In this document: positions 38,388-48,376 of the stretch, in pieces | Numbering within the stretch: the first letter of the stretch is position 1 | Layout of the letters: each line of letters starts with the position of its first letter | From: Anaerohalosphaeraceae bacterium | GTDB taxonomy: Bacteria > Planctomycetota > Phycisphaerae > Sedimentisphaerales > Anaerohalosphaeraceae | Length of the DNA stretch: 64,000 bases | NCBI GenBank assembly: GCA_050309605.1 | Contig: JBNRMN010000033.1 | Span: 160,001-224,000 of the forward strand | Direction: 5' to 3' | The notes under the pieces: model-generated | Seen by the model: the letters and a program-made list of their open reading frames with translations, nothing else | Database searches by the model: none | What the model was told of the DNA's origin: nothing | Position numbers and translations under genes: made by a program

Positions 38388-38923
38388 GGCTTGATCATCT
38401 CCCGTCGCGGATAAAGAAGATGGACCAGCACCACCAGGACCACCACAAAGCAGCAAAACCCGATGACAAGCGGCACCCAAAAAAGCGGAATTTGCAGGGT
38501 CTGGGAGACCCGCTGAGGCGGGCGAGACAACTCCAGCCCGTAAAGGATGCTGCGCCAGCCCAGAAATCCGAACAGCGCCATCGACAGCAGCCGCATCAGG
38601 CTGTCCACCACAAGCCGGCTGGTGCGGTTAAGTTTGTGAAAAAAATACTCAATGGCCACGTGCCCTTTGACTGCGGTGGTATAGGGCAGGGCCGCGGCCA
38701 GCGTCAGTGCTCCGCAAATGCGCACGATGTCATACGCTCCGACAAACGGCCGATTGATCCACGGCAGACGCAGCACCACATCGGCGCACACCGTACCGAT
38801 CATCACCAGCACGCTTGCACCGGAAAGATAGAGCAGGCCGAACACAACGCCCCTGAGTATGCGGATGCAGCCGTGTTCGATTTTGCGTCCCGCCGACAGT
38901 CTGTCCGGATGTTCCTGAGGCAT
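38384..38923 (-). CDS. dctQ: TRAP transporter small permease
   Basis: Four TM segments, DVVLR, GHVAIE; between dctP and dctM. Confidence 0.9.
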   Translation of the reverse strand: MPQEHPDRLSAGRKIEHGCIRILRGVVFGLLYLSGASVLVMIGTVCADVVLRLPWINRPFVGAYDIVRICGALTLAAALPYTTAVKGHVAIEYFFHKLNRTSRLVVDSLMRLLSMALFGFLGWRSILYGLELSRPPQRVSQTLQIPLFWVPLVIGFCCFVVVLVVLVHLLYPRREMIKP

Positions 38924-38935
38924 TCTTGTTGCAGG

Positions 38936-39985
38936 TTAACGGGCCGCCGTGTGCGATTCTTCAATGAGCGTCAGCAGCCGCTGGAGAAAGGCTCTGCCGG
39001 GCAGTCCCTTGCTCTGGGCCTGGGCGGCATAATCTTCAAGAATCGGCTGCACCGCGTCTTTCCATTGCTGCTGCTGTTCAGGCGACAGATCAATGATCTC
39101 TCGCCCCAGTTCTTCAATATAGGCCAAAGCCTCCTGGTCGGCCTGATCCCAGGCCCGACCATGCTTTTCGACCCATTCATCGCTGACCTCAAGGACGGTT
39201 TGCTGTTGGTCCTCAGAGAGCTTGTCCCAACTGGTTTTGTTCATCACCACAAACATGGCCGTGGTGTAGCCAATAATCGACGTGTCCGTAATGGAATTGA
39301 TCACTTCGCCCTGATTCCAGCCTTTGAGCGTTTCGACCGGGCAGAAGGTGGCATCGACCACGCCTTTTTGAAGGGCCTCGTAGGTATCCGGCTGGTTCAT
39401 AGCCACCGTTGTTGCGCCGAGGTGCTGGGCGATCTTGGATGACAGTCCGGTGGCGCGAACCTTCAGTCCGGCCATCTCGTCCAGTGTGCGGACGGGTTTT
39501 TTGGAGGCCAGAATGCCCGGCCCGTGTGCGTGAATATACAGCAGCTTGACGTCGTTTAACTCGGCCGGCTCAAATTCTCGTGCGATAGCGGTGGCCGCCT
39601 GCGTCGCGACCATCCCGTTCGGATAGCCCAGCGGCAGATCAATCCCTTCCAGCAGCGGAAACCGCCCGCGCGTATAGGCAAAACAGCTCATTCCAATATC
39701 GGAAACGCCGTTCACCACGCCGTCATAGCACTGATCGGCTGAGGTCAGCGTCCCGGCCGGGTAGAGCGTAATCTGCACGGTGTCATCGGTGCGCCGGCGG
39801 ATTTCTTCGGCCCATTGCTCGGCCATTTGACACTGGATATGGGTGGAAGGAAAGAAGATGCTGTATCTCAGCTTTACGACGGGGGGGCCTCCGTCCGGGG
39901 TATCGGCCTTTTTACCGCAGCCGACAAGTCCAATCACAACCGCCAGACACACCGTCCACGCTACACATGGGGACATTCGTTTCAT
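38936..39985 (-). CDS. dctP: TRAP substrate-binding lipoprotein
   Basis: LVGC lipobox, [15 protein letters not shown]. Confidence 0.92.
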   Translation of the reverse strand: MKRMSPCVAWTVCLAVVIGLVGCGKKADTPDGGPPVVKLRYSIFFPSTHIQCQMAEQWAEEIRRRTDDTVQITLYPAGTLTSADQCYDGVVNGVSDIGMSCFAYTRGRFPLLEGIDLPLGYPNGMVATQAATAIAREFEPAELNDVKLLYIHAHGPGILASKKPVRTLDEMAGLKVRATGLSSKIAQHLGATTVAMNQPDTYEALQKGVVDATFCPVETLKGWNQGEVINSITDTSIIGYTTAMFVVMNKTSWDKLSEDQQQTVLEVSDEWVEKHGRAWDQADQEALAYIEELGREIIDLSPEQQQQWKDAVQPILEDYAAQAQSKGLPGRAFLQRLLTLIEESHTAAR

Positions 39986-40239
39986 GGTATTACCTCCTAA
40001 AATCGGATACCCGTATCGGATTCAGAACGAAAGCTATCCCGTTCTCACGATTTGCAGGTCCTTATAGTAAACCCCGCACTCCGCTGATGCAAGAAATAAT
40101 TCACGTCCGCAGTACAAGGGCGGGTTCATCCTTGACTTTTTCAGAGAAATGGCTGAAAGTAAAGGGCAGGTTCAGGTCGCCATACAAGTGATGTGGAGAA
40201 TACACTATGCGGGTACAGCCCCGAACGAGCGAGATCACA

Positions 40240-40668
40240 ATGAATGCAGAGGCCAGGTTTCCGACGCGAACGACGGTGCAGGCGTACACCATCCAGATCG
40301 TGCCGCGGTATGCCGAGACCGATCAGGCCGGCGTGGTGCACCATACGGTCTATCCGGTGTGGTTCGAGATGGGCCGCACGGAACTGCTGCGGGCCAACGG
40401 CCTGGCCTACAGCGATCTGGAAAAGGCGGGCATCTATTTTGTCGTGGCCGAGCTGGCCGTCAAATATCGCCGACCGGCCCTGTACGATGAGACGCTCGAT
40501 CTGATCACCGTCTGCACCCGCATCACGTCCGCCCGTGTGGAGCACACCTATACCCTCAAACGCCCCGCAACCGGCCTGATTTTGTGCGAAGGCACGTCGA
40601 TCCTGGCTTGTGTCGATGCCCAGGGCAAACCCCGCCGCATGCCCGACTTTATGTATCCGGCTGAATAA
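40240..40668 (+). CDS. Acyl-CoA thioesterase (YbgC/4HBT family)
   Basis: RYAETDQAGVVHH..Y..WFEMGR. Confidence 0.9.
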   Translation: MNAEARFPTRTTVQAYTIQIVPRYAETDQAGVVHHTVYPVWFEMGRTELLRANGLAYSDLEKAGIYFVVAELAVKYRRPALYDETLDLITVCTRITSARVEHTYTLKRPATGLILCEGTSILACVDAQGKPRRMPDFMYPAE

Positions 40669-40866
40669 GACCGGAAGCGGCCTTGCACCGATTTTTCGCG
40701 GCGGACTGATCCTGAAAAAAGCGATTGCAGACGACCTCTGCCGAAAAAAAACTCAGCCACACTAAGAAAATATCCGCCAAAAGACCGATAAAAAACCTCT
40801 TTGTAAATCTTTTGTCAAGATTTTGAAAAAAAGTTAAATGACTCCCCTGTTATTCTTAATAACTCC

Positions 40867-40895
40867 TTGATATTTTCTTTGTAATCGTGTATATT
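40867..40895 (+). promoter_or_regulatory. Putative sigma70 promoter upstream of two small ORFs
   Basis: TTGATA-N17-TATATT. Confidence 0.5.
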
Positions 40896-40955
40896 AACCC
40901 TTGTAGCAATGAGGTTGAAAACTGAATAACAACAAGCAATCGTCTGGGGGTACAG

Positions 40956-41084
40956 ATGACCACGTTAAAAAACATAACCGAAATTCAATTGGCCGTGGAA
41001 GGCGGGCGGGGTCCGCCGGAAATACAACTGACCGATCGTCTCACGTCAATCAAGACCCAGAACCTGAATGCCCGAACCCACTGA
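40956..41084 (+). CDS. Small ORF, 42 aa, with RGPP motif
   Basis: GGGGG SD-like; MTTLKNITEIQLAVEGGRGPPEIQLTDRLTSIKTQNLNARTH. Confidence 0.45.
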   Translation: MTTLKNITEIQLAVEGGRGPPEIQLTDRLTSIKTQNLNARTH

Positions 41085-41100
41085 TAAAAGGAAAGTCAAA

Positions 41101-41184
41101 ATGCCAGAGACACGTGTTTATTGTCGGATTCGTCAGATGCCACCGGCAGCAGCGGTCAAAAACAAGGCCCCGCCGATAGAATAA
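41101..41184 (+). CDS. Small ORF, 27 aa, with KAPP motif
   Basis: AAGGA SD 8 nt upstream; MPETRVYCRIRQMPPAAAVKNKAPPIE. Confidence 0.4.
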   Translation: MPETRVYCRIRQMPPAAAVKNKAPPIE

Positions 41185-41680
41185 ACGAAATGTTTTTGAG
41201 AAATTTTCGGCACGTCAGGCCGCTGTATTTTAAGTTTTATACGGTAAGCAATCGAAGTGATGATTTAAGGAATTCGTTATGCCGCCGATTTTCGAAAACG
41301 ACCGAGTTATTACATTTTATCGGCCGTGCTGGGCTGCTCACGAACGCGGACCGCCGGGGGACACAAGAATGAAGCATTGAATGAACCGCACTTATACGAT
41401 TATAATAACGCTCTTTGAATGACATCACATAGCCTGCACCGGATTTGGCCTTTTTTGCCTTCTCCTCCTCCGCTTCTGTCAGGTGCAGACAGCACACAGC
41501 CGGCTCGGGTGCCTCCTTCCCGGGCCGGCGTGCTTTTTTATAGTGTGCTCCGCGTCAATTCCGACATTATAACGGCTCTGCGGCAAGGGCGGCTTCAACG
41601 GTTGCGATGACTGCGAGTCCAAAGGCGTGAAGCGACAATAATAATCTTGAAATTTGGCCTGAAATTTTATCCCACCCTGA

Positions 41681-41823
41681 ACAACAGCGCGGCGGCGCAA
41701 GCCGCCCGATAGGGGATGCGGATAGATGGGGCGTTTTGTAAGTCGCGGCATTATCCGGCCGCTTGCGCGGCTCGGCTATTGTACGTGGTGTTATCCGGCT
41801 CACTTGCGCGGCTCGGCTATTGT
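41681..41823. repeat. Cluster of three ~30-bp REP-like hairpins (one forward, two reverse)
   Basis: ACAACAGCGCGGCGGCGCAAGCCGCCCGAT, then TTATCCGGC(CG/TCA)CTTGCGCGGCTCGGCTATTGT twice (41751, 41791). Confidence 0.7.
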
Positions 41824-41856
41824 GGGAGGGGGTATAAAACAAGAACAATTCGACTT

Positions 41857-42051
41857 GGCCTGAAGGGCCGAAAATGCCCTGAAAGGGCAATGATACCTTA
41901 GCCCAGCCCAGCGGGCTGGGTTGTGGGGTCACCGGTCGCCGGTCGCCCTGTAAGGGCAGGATAGTATATTGCTCTTTCAGAGCCAGGGGGTTCGTGGCCG
42001 ATATAACCCCAGGGCGTTGCCCTGGGCTGGGATATGCCGCCCCTTCGGGGC
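41857..42051. repeat. Composite palindromic REP/MITE-like element
   Basis: GCCCTGAAAGGGC-type hairpins flanking AGCCCAGCCCAGCGGGCTGGG and CCCAGGGCGTTGCCCTGGGCT, arranged in mirror order. Confidence 0.7.
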
Positions 42052-42130
42052 GAAATGTGGAGCCGGCTATCGCCGGGGTGAAATGATACCATTCCGTTGC
42101 TGCGCGACCCCCCGCCTTGAAAAAAGAGGG

Positions 42131-42164
42131 AAAAAAAGGGCCTGACGCACGCTGCGCCAGACCC
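42131..42164 (-). terminator. groEL terminator
   Basis: GGGTCTGGCGCA-GCG-TGCGTCAGGCCC followed by T7. Confidence 0.7.
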
Positions 42165-42196
42165 GTAGGATACTGGGTTGACTGACAGGGGGCGGG

Positions 42197-43855
42197 TTAG
42201 TACATGCCTCCCATGCCGCCCATACCACCCATACCGCCCATACCGCCGCCGGGCGGCATGGCAGGGGCTTCTTTCTTTTCGGGGATTTCGCTGACGACCG
42301 CCTCGGTGGTCAGCAGCAGCGAGGCGATTGAAGCGCCATTCTGAAGCGCCGTGCGTTCGACCTTGGTCGGCACGATCACGCCGAACTTGACCATATCGCC
42401 GTATTCCTTGCGAAGGGCGTCGTAGCCGAAATTCTTCTCTTTGGACTCCAGAACCTTCTGGGCGACGATGGAGCCGTCCAGCCCGGCGTTGACCGCAATC
42501 TGTTTGATTGGAGCGACAATGGCACGACGCACAATATCGACGCCGACTTTTTCGTCGCCTTCGCACTTGATCTTGTCCAGCGCCGGCAGACACTTGAGCA
42601 TTGATACGCCGCCGCCCGGCAGAATCCCCTCTTCAACCGCGGCTCGACAGGCATGCAGGGCATCCTCGACGCGGGCCTTCTTTTCCTTCATCTCGGCCTC
42701 GGTGGCCGCACCGACTTTGATGACCGCCACGCCGCCGGCCAGTTTAGCCAGACGTTCCTGGAGCTTTTCAATGTCATATTCACTGGTCGAGGCGTCGATT
42801 TCCTTTTTGATCTGCTCGATTCGTCCCTTGATGTCGGCGGTCGAGCCGGCGCCTTCGACGATTGTGGTGGTGTCTTTGTCGATGGTGATGCGCTTGGCCT
42901 GGCCGAGCTGACTGAGCTGGACGTTTTCAAGCTGAATGCCCAAATCCTCGAAGATCGCCTGCCCGCCGGTCAGGATGGCGATATCCTGGAGCATCGCCTT
43001 GCGGCGGTCGCCAAAGCCCGGCGCCTTGACCGCACAGACCTGCAGCACGCCGCGCAGCTTGTTGACGACCAGCGTCGCCAGCGCTTCGCCTTCAATGTCT
43101 TCGGCAATAATCAGCAGCGGGCGTCCTTGTTTGGCCACCTGTTCCAGCACCGGCACCAGCGACTTGACGGCGCTGATTTTCTTTTCATGAATCAGCACAT
43201 ACGGCTTTTCCAGAACGACCGTCCGGTCTTCAGGCTGATTGATAAAGTGCGGGCTGAGGTATCCTTTGTCAAACTGCATCCCTTCGAGCAGATCCACGAC
43301 AGTCTCGAGCGACTGGCCTTCTTCGACGGTCATCACGCCGTCCTTGCCGACCTTGTCCATCGCCTCGGCCAGGGTCTTGCCGATCTCGGCATCCTGATTG
43401 GCCGAGCAGGTGGCCACCTGCTGAATCTGCTTGCTTGAATCGACCGGTATGCTCATCTTGGCCAGCTCATCGACCAGCGTCTCGACGGCCTTGTCGATCC
43501 CGCGTTTGACCTGCATCGGGTTGGCCCCGGCGGTGATGTTCTTGAGTCCCTCTTCGAAGATGGCCTCGGCCAGGATCGTGGCCGTAGTCGTCCCGTCGCC
43601 GGCGACGTTGCTGGTTTTGGAGGCCACTTCCTTGACCATCTGGGCGCCCATATTCTCATACGCGTCGGTCAATTCGATTTCTTTGGCCACCGTGACGCCG
43701 TCTTTGGTCACGGTCGGCGAGCCGAACGATTTTTCCAGAACGACATTCCGCCCGCAGGGGCCAAGCGTGATTTTGACCGCGCGGGCCAGTTTCCGCACGC
43801 CCTCGCGAATGGCGGTGCGGGCTTCAACATCGTATGCTATCTTTTTTGCTGCCAT
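42197..43855 (-). CDS. groEL: Chaperonin GroEL
   Basis: [31 protein letters not shown]-terminal GGM repeats. Confidence 0.99.
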   Translation of the reverse strand: MAAKKIAYDVEARTAIREGVRKLARAVKITLGPCGRNVVLEKSFGSPTVTKDGVTVAKEIELTDAYENMGAQMVKEVASKTSNVAGDGTTTATILAEAIFEEGLKNITAGANPMQVKRGIDKAVETLVDELAKMSIPVDSSKQIQQVATCSANQDAEIGKTLAEAMDKVGKDGVMTVEEGQSLETVVDLLEGMQFDKGYLSPHFINQPEDRTVVLEKPYVLIHEKKISAVKSLVPVLEQVAKQGRPLLIIAEDIEGEALATLVVNKLRGVLQVCAVKAPGFGDRRKAMLQDIAILTGGQAIFEDLGIQLENVQLSQLGQAKRITIDKDTTTIVEGAGSTADIKGRIEQIKKEIDASTSEYDIEKLQERLAKLAGGVAVIKVGAATEAEMKEKKARVEDALHACRAAVEEGILPGGGVSMLKCLPALDKIKCEGDEKVGVDIVRRAIVAPIKQIAVNAGLDGSIVAQKVLESKEKNFGYDALRKEYGDMVKFGVIVPTKVERTALQNGASIASLLLTTEAVVSEIPEKKEAPAMPPGGGMGGMGGMGGMGGMY

Positions 43856-43911
43856 ATTGTGCAATCTCCTGTTTTCTCAGTTATCAAATCCACATCGAAC
43901 CCGTCAGGCGA

Positions 43912-44199
43912 CTATTCAATAATCGCCATAATGTCCGATTCATCCATAATCAGGTATTCTTTGCCGTCGATCTTGACTTCCGTACCGGCATAGCTGGTAA
44001 ACAACACCTGCTGGTCTTTTTTGACCGAAACGGGGGCGCGCTGGCCGTCGTCAAGCATTCGACCATCACCGACCGCGATCACCTTGCCGCGCTGCGGTTT
44101 TTCTTTGGCGGTGTCGGGCAGCACGATGCCGCCGGCGGTCTTGCTCTCGGCCTCAACACGCTGAACGATCACTTTGTCAGCTAAGGGGCGAATCTTCAT
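43912..44199 (-). CDS. groES: Co-chaperonin GroES
   Basis: [31 protein letters not shown]. Confidence 0.98.
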   Translation of the reverse strand: MKIRPLADKVIVQRVEAESKTAGGIVLPDTAKEKPQRGKVIAVGDGRMLDDGQRAPVSVKKDQQVLFTSYAGTEVKIDGKEYLIMDESDIMAIIE

Positions 44200-44289
44200 A
44201 CGTTCTGTTCTCCTTTCGACACAATTAAGGATTCTTTTATCGTTATTCCATGAGTCCGAACCACTCGGTACAGATAAAAGGCCTACATT

Positions 44290-44305
44290 TGCAAATCGTA
44301 TGCCA
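44290..44305 (-). promoter_or_regulatory. Putative sigma54 (-24/-12) promoter of groESL
   Basis: TGGCATACGATTTGCA versus consensus TGGCACGnnnnTTGCw, with correct spacing. Confidence 0.6.
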
Positions 44306-44691
44306 GCCCCTCGAACAATGTTGTGAAAATATTCATAAGCAATGATTCAAAAAAGACTTGTATTTATTCTTTCCGATGTGAGCAGGGTGGAACCGACCGC
44401 CAATCCCGCTCCCCGGCGGTCTCGTGAGCCTGCCACCATGGCAGGCGCGTTGTCCTGTTTTGCAGGCCGCCGGACCCTTTGTATTTGGATGGCAGTACTC
44501 CATCGCTACGTATGCTGAGAATCTGCATTAGTGTCGCGCCATCAAAGATCATAATGCAAAACCACACATCAAAATTCAAAAAGAGCGATTTGCAGTGGAC
44601 AGTGGAGTCTTTTTAAAAAAAAGGGTTGATTTGTCGGTCTGATTGTGTAAAATGCTGATTTTCGTTTGCAACGCTATTTCGGAGTGCCTTT

Positions 44692-44916
44692 ATGAAAAAA
44701 GAGATTCATCCAAAATATGACGTGGTCAAGGTTCGCTGCGGGTGCGGCAACACGTTTGAGACGCGCAGCACGGTCAAAGAAATCCACGCGGAAATCTGCT
44801 CGATGTGCCACCCGTTCTTTACGGGCAAGCAGAAGTTTGTCGATACGGCAGGTCGCATTGAACGCTTCCAGAAGAAGTTCAGCGAGGGCTACAGCTTTCA
44901 GAAAAAGAAAAAGTAG
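44692..44916 (+). CDS. rpmE: 50S ribosomal protein L31 (Zn-binding form)
   Basis: [27 protein letters not shown]. Confidence 0.97.
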   Translation: MKKEIHPKYDVVKVRCGCGNTFETRSTVKEIHAEICSMCHPFFTGKQKFVDTAGRIERFQKKFSEGYSFQKKKK

Positions 44917-45029
44917 CTGACATTTCGAGTTTACAACGTGCGCTGTTTGTCTTGGCCTAACGGGGTTAAAGGTTGGCAGCGTATTTTTTTTGTCTGACCC
45001 ATTCTGATGATGGGTAATCGGAAGACGCT

Positions 45030-46121
45030 ATGGCCGCAGAAGTTCTAAAAGGCTTGTTGGAAAAGCTGGAGACGTTGGATGCAAAATGCCTGGATATTAC
45101 CCGGCAATTGGAAGACCCCGCCGTCTTCTCGGATCCGGCGAAGCTGGTTCCGTTGAACCGTGAACTGAGCAAGCTGATGCCGGTCGTCGGCAAATTCCGC
45201 GAGTACAAAAAATGCCAGGCTCAGCTTGACCAGACGCATCAGATGATTCAGGAATCGGCGTCCGATCCGGAGATGAAGGCCCTGGCCGAGCAGGAGGCCG
45301 AGAGCCTTGAGTTCAGGGCCGAAGCGCTCATTGAGCAGATCAAAGACACCCTCGTGATGGCCGATGACGCGGCGATTGATTCGATCATCCTGGAGATTCG
45401 CCCCGGCACCGGCGGCGATGAGGCGGCCCTGTTTGCCCGCGATTTGTCTATGATGTACACCCGCTATGCCGAAAAGCAGGGCTGGAAGGTGGAGGTGATG
45501 GAGTTTTCCGGTACTGAGATGGGCGGCGTGCGCGAGGTGATGATGAACATCAAAGGCCCCGGCGTCTGGGCGCATCTGGGCTATGAAGGCGGCGGCCATC
45601 GTGTTCAGCGGGTTCCCGAAACCGAGTCGCAGGGGCGGGTGCATACCTCCGCGGCCACGGTGGCGGTCCTGCCGGAGGCCGAGGAGGTCGATGTCGAAAT
45701 CAACCCCGATGACGTGCTTGAGCATGTCAGTTGTGCCGGCGGTCCGGGCGGTCAGAACGTCAACAAGGTCGCCAGCGCCATCAAGCTCGAACACGTTCCG
45801 ACCGGCATTACCGTCAGTATGCGGGACGAAAAAAGCCAGCACAAAAATCGCTCCAAGGCGTGGCGCATTCTTCGTGCTCGCCTGTATGACTATTATAAAC
45901 AAAAGGCCGACGCCGAACGGTCCTCGGCCCGCAAGACGATGATCGGCTCCGGCGACCGTTCGCAGCGCATCCGCACGTACAACTTTCCGCAAAATCGCCT
46001 GACCGACCATCGCATCAACCTGTCGCTGTACAGCCTGGACCGCATCATAATGGGCGAAATGGACGAATTGATCGAAGCCCTTCAGGTGCACGACAAGCAG
46101 CAGCGTTTGGCCACCCTTTGA
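45030..46121 (+). CDS. prfA: Peptide chain release factor 1
   Basis: HRVQRVPET (PxT), GPGGQNVN, RIRTYNFPQNR. Confidence 0.97.
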   Translation: MAAEVLKGLLEKLETLDAKCLDITRQLEDPAVFSDPAKLVPLNRELSKLMPVVGKFREYKKCQAQLDQTHQMIQESASDPEMKALAEQEAESLEFRAEALIEQIKDTLVMADDAAIDSIILEIRPGTGGDEAALFARDLSMMYTRYAEKQGWKVEVMEFSGTEMGGVREVMMNIKGPGVWAHLGYEGGGHRVQRVPETESQGRVHTSAATVAVLPEAEEVDVEINPDDVLEHVSCAGGPGGQNVNKVASAIKLEHVPTGITVSMRDEKSQHKNRSKAWRILRARLYDYYKQKADAERSSARKTMIGSGDRSQRIRTYNFPQNRLTDHRINLSLYSLDRIIMGEMDELIEALQVHDKQQRLATL

Positions 46122-46136
46122 ATTGACGTTTGACGA

Positions 46137-47237
46137 ATGATCATTGTTGTTACAGGACTGGTGGGCGTTGACAAAAAGCCGTATCTGGCCACGGTGTGTC
46201 AGGTGGCCAAAGCGGTCGGTCTCGATATTCTGCTGTGCCATGTCGGGCAGATGATGTACGCCGAGGCGCCGGACATTGCACCGGGACGGATTCTGGACAT
46301 TTCGCTTCAGCGGCTGCACTCGCTTCGCCGCAGCGTCTTCAAGGACATCATCGCCAAAGCCCGACAGCACGCGCATGTTATCGTCAACACCCACGCGACG
46401 TTTCGCTGGCGGCACGGGCTGTTTCCGGCGTTTGATTTTTTTCAGATGCGTCAGCTTAACCCGGACTTGTTTGTCTGTCTGGTCGATGGCGTTGAGCCGC
46501 TGCATTTGCGGTTGACCCGTGAACATCACATTCACCACACGCTCAAGGACCTCATCGTCTGGCGCGAGGAAGAGACGCTGGCCACACAAATGATGCAGCA
46601 GGGCACACGCGAGACGGCGCCGTTTTATGTGCTGGCCCGCGGCGTCGAACAGGACACCGCCCGCACGTTTTATCAACTGGCCTTTGAGCCGACGCGAAAG
46701 AAAGCCTACCTGAGTTTTCCGATGACCCATGTCGCGGGTATGCCGGAGGTGATCGCGGCGATTGAACGCTTTCGCCGTGCGGCCAAAACGATACTGACCT
46801 GTTTTGACCCGGGCGATCTGGAGGAGGCCTATCTGCCGTTTTACGGCGAACAGGCCCGACAGCAGGGACGAACGACCGTCCCGGTGCAGGTGCTGGGACA
46901 GACCCTTGAGCTGGATGTCGGGGAAGTGCGTCAGATTGAACGCGACATCAACAGCCAGATCTACGCCCGCGATTTTGCCCTGATCGATCAGTCGGATATG
47001 ATTATCAGTTTTATTCCCGAACTGTCTGACGGACGGCCGGCGCTTTCCAGCGGCGTTGAACGGGAACTTCAGCATGCCCACGAAGCGGCCAAACAGGTGT
47101 ATGTGATCTGGCTGCCCAAAAAAGAACCGTCGGTCTTTGTGACCCAGACCGCCAATAAAATTTTCCGCTGCCCGGACGAGGCGATGCGGTATTTCAGCCA
47201 CACCTACGCCTATAAAAGCGAGTTGCTGTTCGAGTAG
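46137..47237 (+). CDS. NMP-kinase-like (AdkA-type) domain fused to a nucleoside deoxyribosyltransferase-like domain
   Basis: MIIVVTGLVGVDK, VIVNTHA and LNPDLF in the N half; AYLSFPM, ARDFALIDQSDMII and SSGVEREL in the C half. Confidence 0.75.
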   Translation: MIIVVTGLVGVDKKPYLATVCQVAKAVGLDILLCHVGQMMYAEAPDIAPGRILDISLQRLHSLRRSVFKDIIAKARQHAHVIVNTHATFRWRHGLFPAFDFFQMRQLNPDLFVCLVDGVEPLHLRLTREHHIHHTLKDLIVWREEETLATQMMQQGTRETAPFYVLARGVEQDTARTFYQLAFEPTRKKAYLSFPMTHVAGMPEVIAAIERFRRAAKTILTCFDPGDLEEAYLPFYGEQARQQGRTTVPVQVLGQTLELDVGEVRQIERDINSQIYARDFALIDQSDMIISFIPELSDGRPALSSGVERELQHAHEAAKQVYVIWLPKKEPSVFVTQTANKIFRCPDEAMRYFSHTYAYKSELLFE

Positions 47238-47241
47238 TCAA

Positions 47242-48330
47242 ATGACCGCATTTCAGCCTCCAAACGGCCTTTCGAAAACCCTGCTTGCTGAAACGCAGCA
47301 GTTACGGGCCGCCTGGCAGCGACACGACGCGGCGTTTCTTGACACCTACTTAATCCGGGATGTAGAAGATCCGCGCATTAACATGCAAAGCATTCTGACG
47401 CGGCATTTTCTCATCCGTGAACTGTTTCAGGATCGCTATGCCGACATCATGGAGCACGAATTATACTTTGCGTTGACGGTCAACTGGCTTTTGGCGCTGC
47501 TCAAGTCGAGCCGCCCTCGAAACGAGATTCACTTGCATACCGGAGCTGTTCTGGACGGGCTGCTGGCCGGGGACGAGGATGAAAACGCGACGGCTGTTCC
47601 GCCGTTTATTGCCGAGGCCTTCGGAAAACTGGCGTTTCCGAACTACATCAGCGAACTGTTGATGTGGGTTCCGCGAGAGCACGATACCGAGTCGATGCCC
47701 GAGTATCTGCTAAACATCTTTCAGCGCATCTGGGCCGAAACGCTGGCGCTCGAACAGGCCCGGCCGATTCGCGTGATCGAGCCGGCGTGCGGCTCGGCCA
47801 ATGATTACCGGTTTCTGGTCAGCTACGGCTTGGGCGCGTTTCTTGATTATACGGGTCTGGATATATGCGAAAAAAATATCTCCAATGCCCTGAGGCGTTT
47901 TCCCGACATCGATTTTCAAACGGCCTCGGTCTTTGACATACCCGCCGACGACAAGGGCTATGACTATTGTTTCGCGCATGATCTGTTTGAGCATTTGTCT
48001 CCGGAAGGGATTGGCCGGGCGGTTTCTGAAATTTACCGCGTCACAAAAAGTCGCATCTTTCTTCACTTCTTCAATATGGACGACATCGACGAAGATGTCA
48101 TTTCCCGAAAAAACGGGTACCACTGGAATCGGCTCAGTAGCCGCAGGATGAAACATCGATTTTTCTTGCAGCCGACCCGCATCAATGAGTGGCATCTGAC
48201 GACGTGGCTGGACCGCCGGTTTGTCTGGTCCGGTTATCATAATCCATACGCCCGCAGTTGGCGGATTGACGTTGGAGCCGTCGCGTCCGCCGACCGTCCT
48301 TTGATTCCTTTCGGATGCGGCCCCTTCTGA
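47242..48330 (+). CDS. Class I SAM-dependent methyltransferase with uncharacterised N-terminal domain
   Basis: VIEPACGS, YTGLDI, DLFEHL. Confidence 0.85.
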   Translation: MTAFQPPNGLSKTLLAETQQLRAAWQRHDAAFLDTYLIRDVEDPRINMQSILTRHFLIRELFQDRYADIMEHELYFALTVNWLLALLKSSRPRNEIHLHTGAVLDGLLAGDEDENATAVPPFIAEAFGKLAFPNYISELLMWVPREHDTESMPEYLLNIFQRIWAETLALEQARPIRVIEPACGSANDYRFLVSYGLGAFLDYTGLDICEKNISNALRRFPDIDFQTASVFDIPADDKGYDYCFAHDLFEHLSPEGIGRAVSEIYRVTKSRIFLHFFNMDDIDEDVISRKNGYHWNRLSSRRMKHRFFLQPTRINEWHLTTWLDRRFVWSGYHNPYARSWRIDVGAVASADRPLIPFGCGPF

Positions 48331-48367
48331 CCTCTGACCTCTGACTTCTGATGCCTGATGTCTGACT
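48326..48367 (+). repeat. Tandem heptamer repeat (TCTGACC-like x6)
   Basis: TCTGACC TCTGACC TCTGACT TCTGATG CCTGATG TCTGACT. Confidence 0.85.
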
Positions 48368-48376
48368 TGCTTGCCC

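Noticed and set aside
41751..41823. Possible mini-CRISPR (32-33-bp direct repeats)
   Set aside because: Only two copies, an 8-bp spacer, an inverted third copy and no cas genes; REP-like instead
41898..42593. 231-aa minus-strand ORF overlapping the groEL 3' end
   Set aside because: Alternative frame of groEL running into repeat DNA
44364..44579. 71-aa ORF with WW upstream of groES
   Set aside because: TTG start, no SD, no attenuator structure or family resemblance
45045..47201. 718-aa minus-strand ORF
   Set aside because: Antisense shadow of prfA and the kinase/NDT gene; no motifs; expected from GC-rich codon bias
47242..48330. prmC/hemK call based on proximity to prfA
   Set aside because: No NPPY motif and no PrmC-like N-terminal domain
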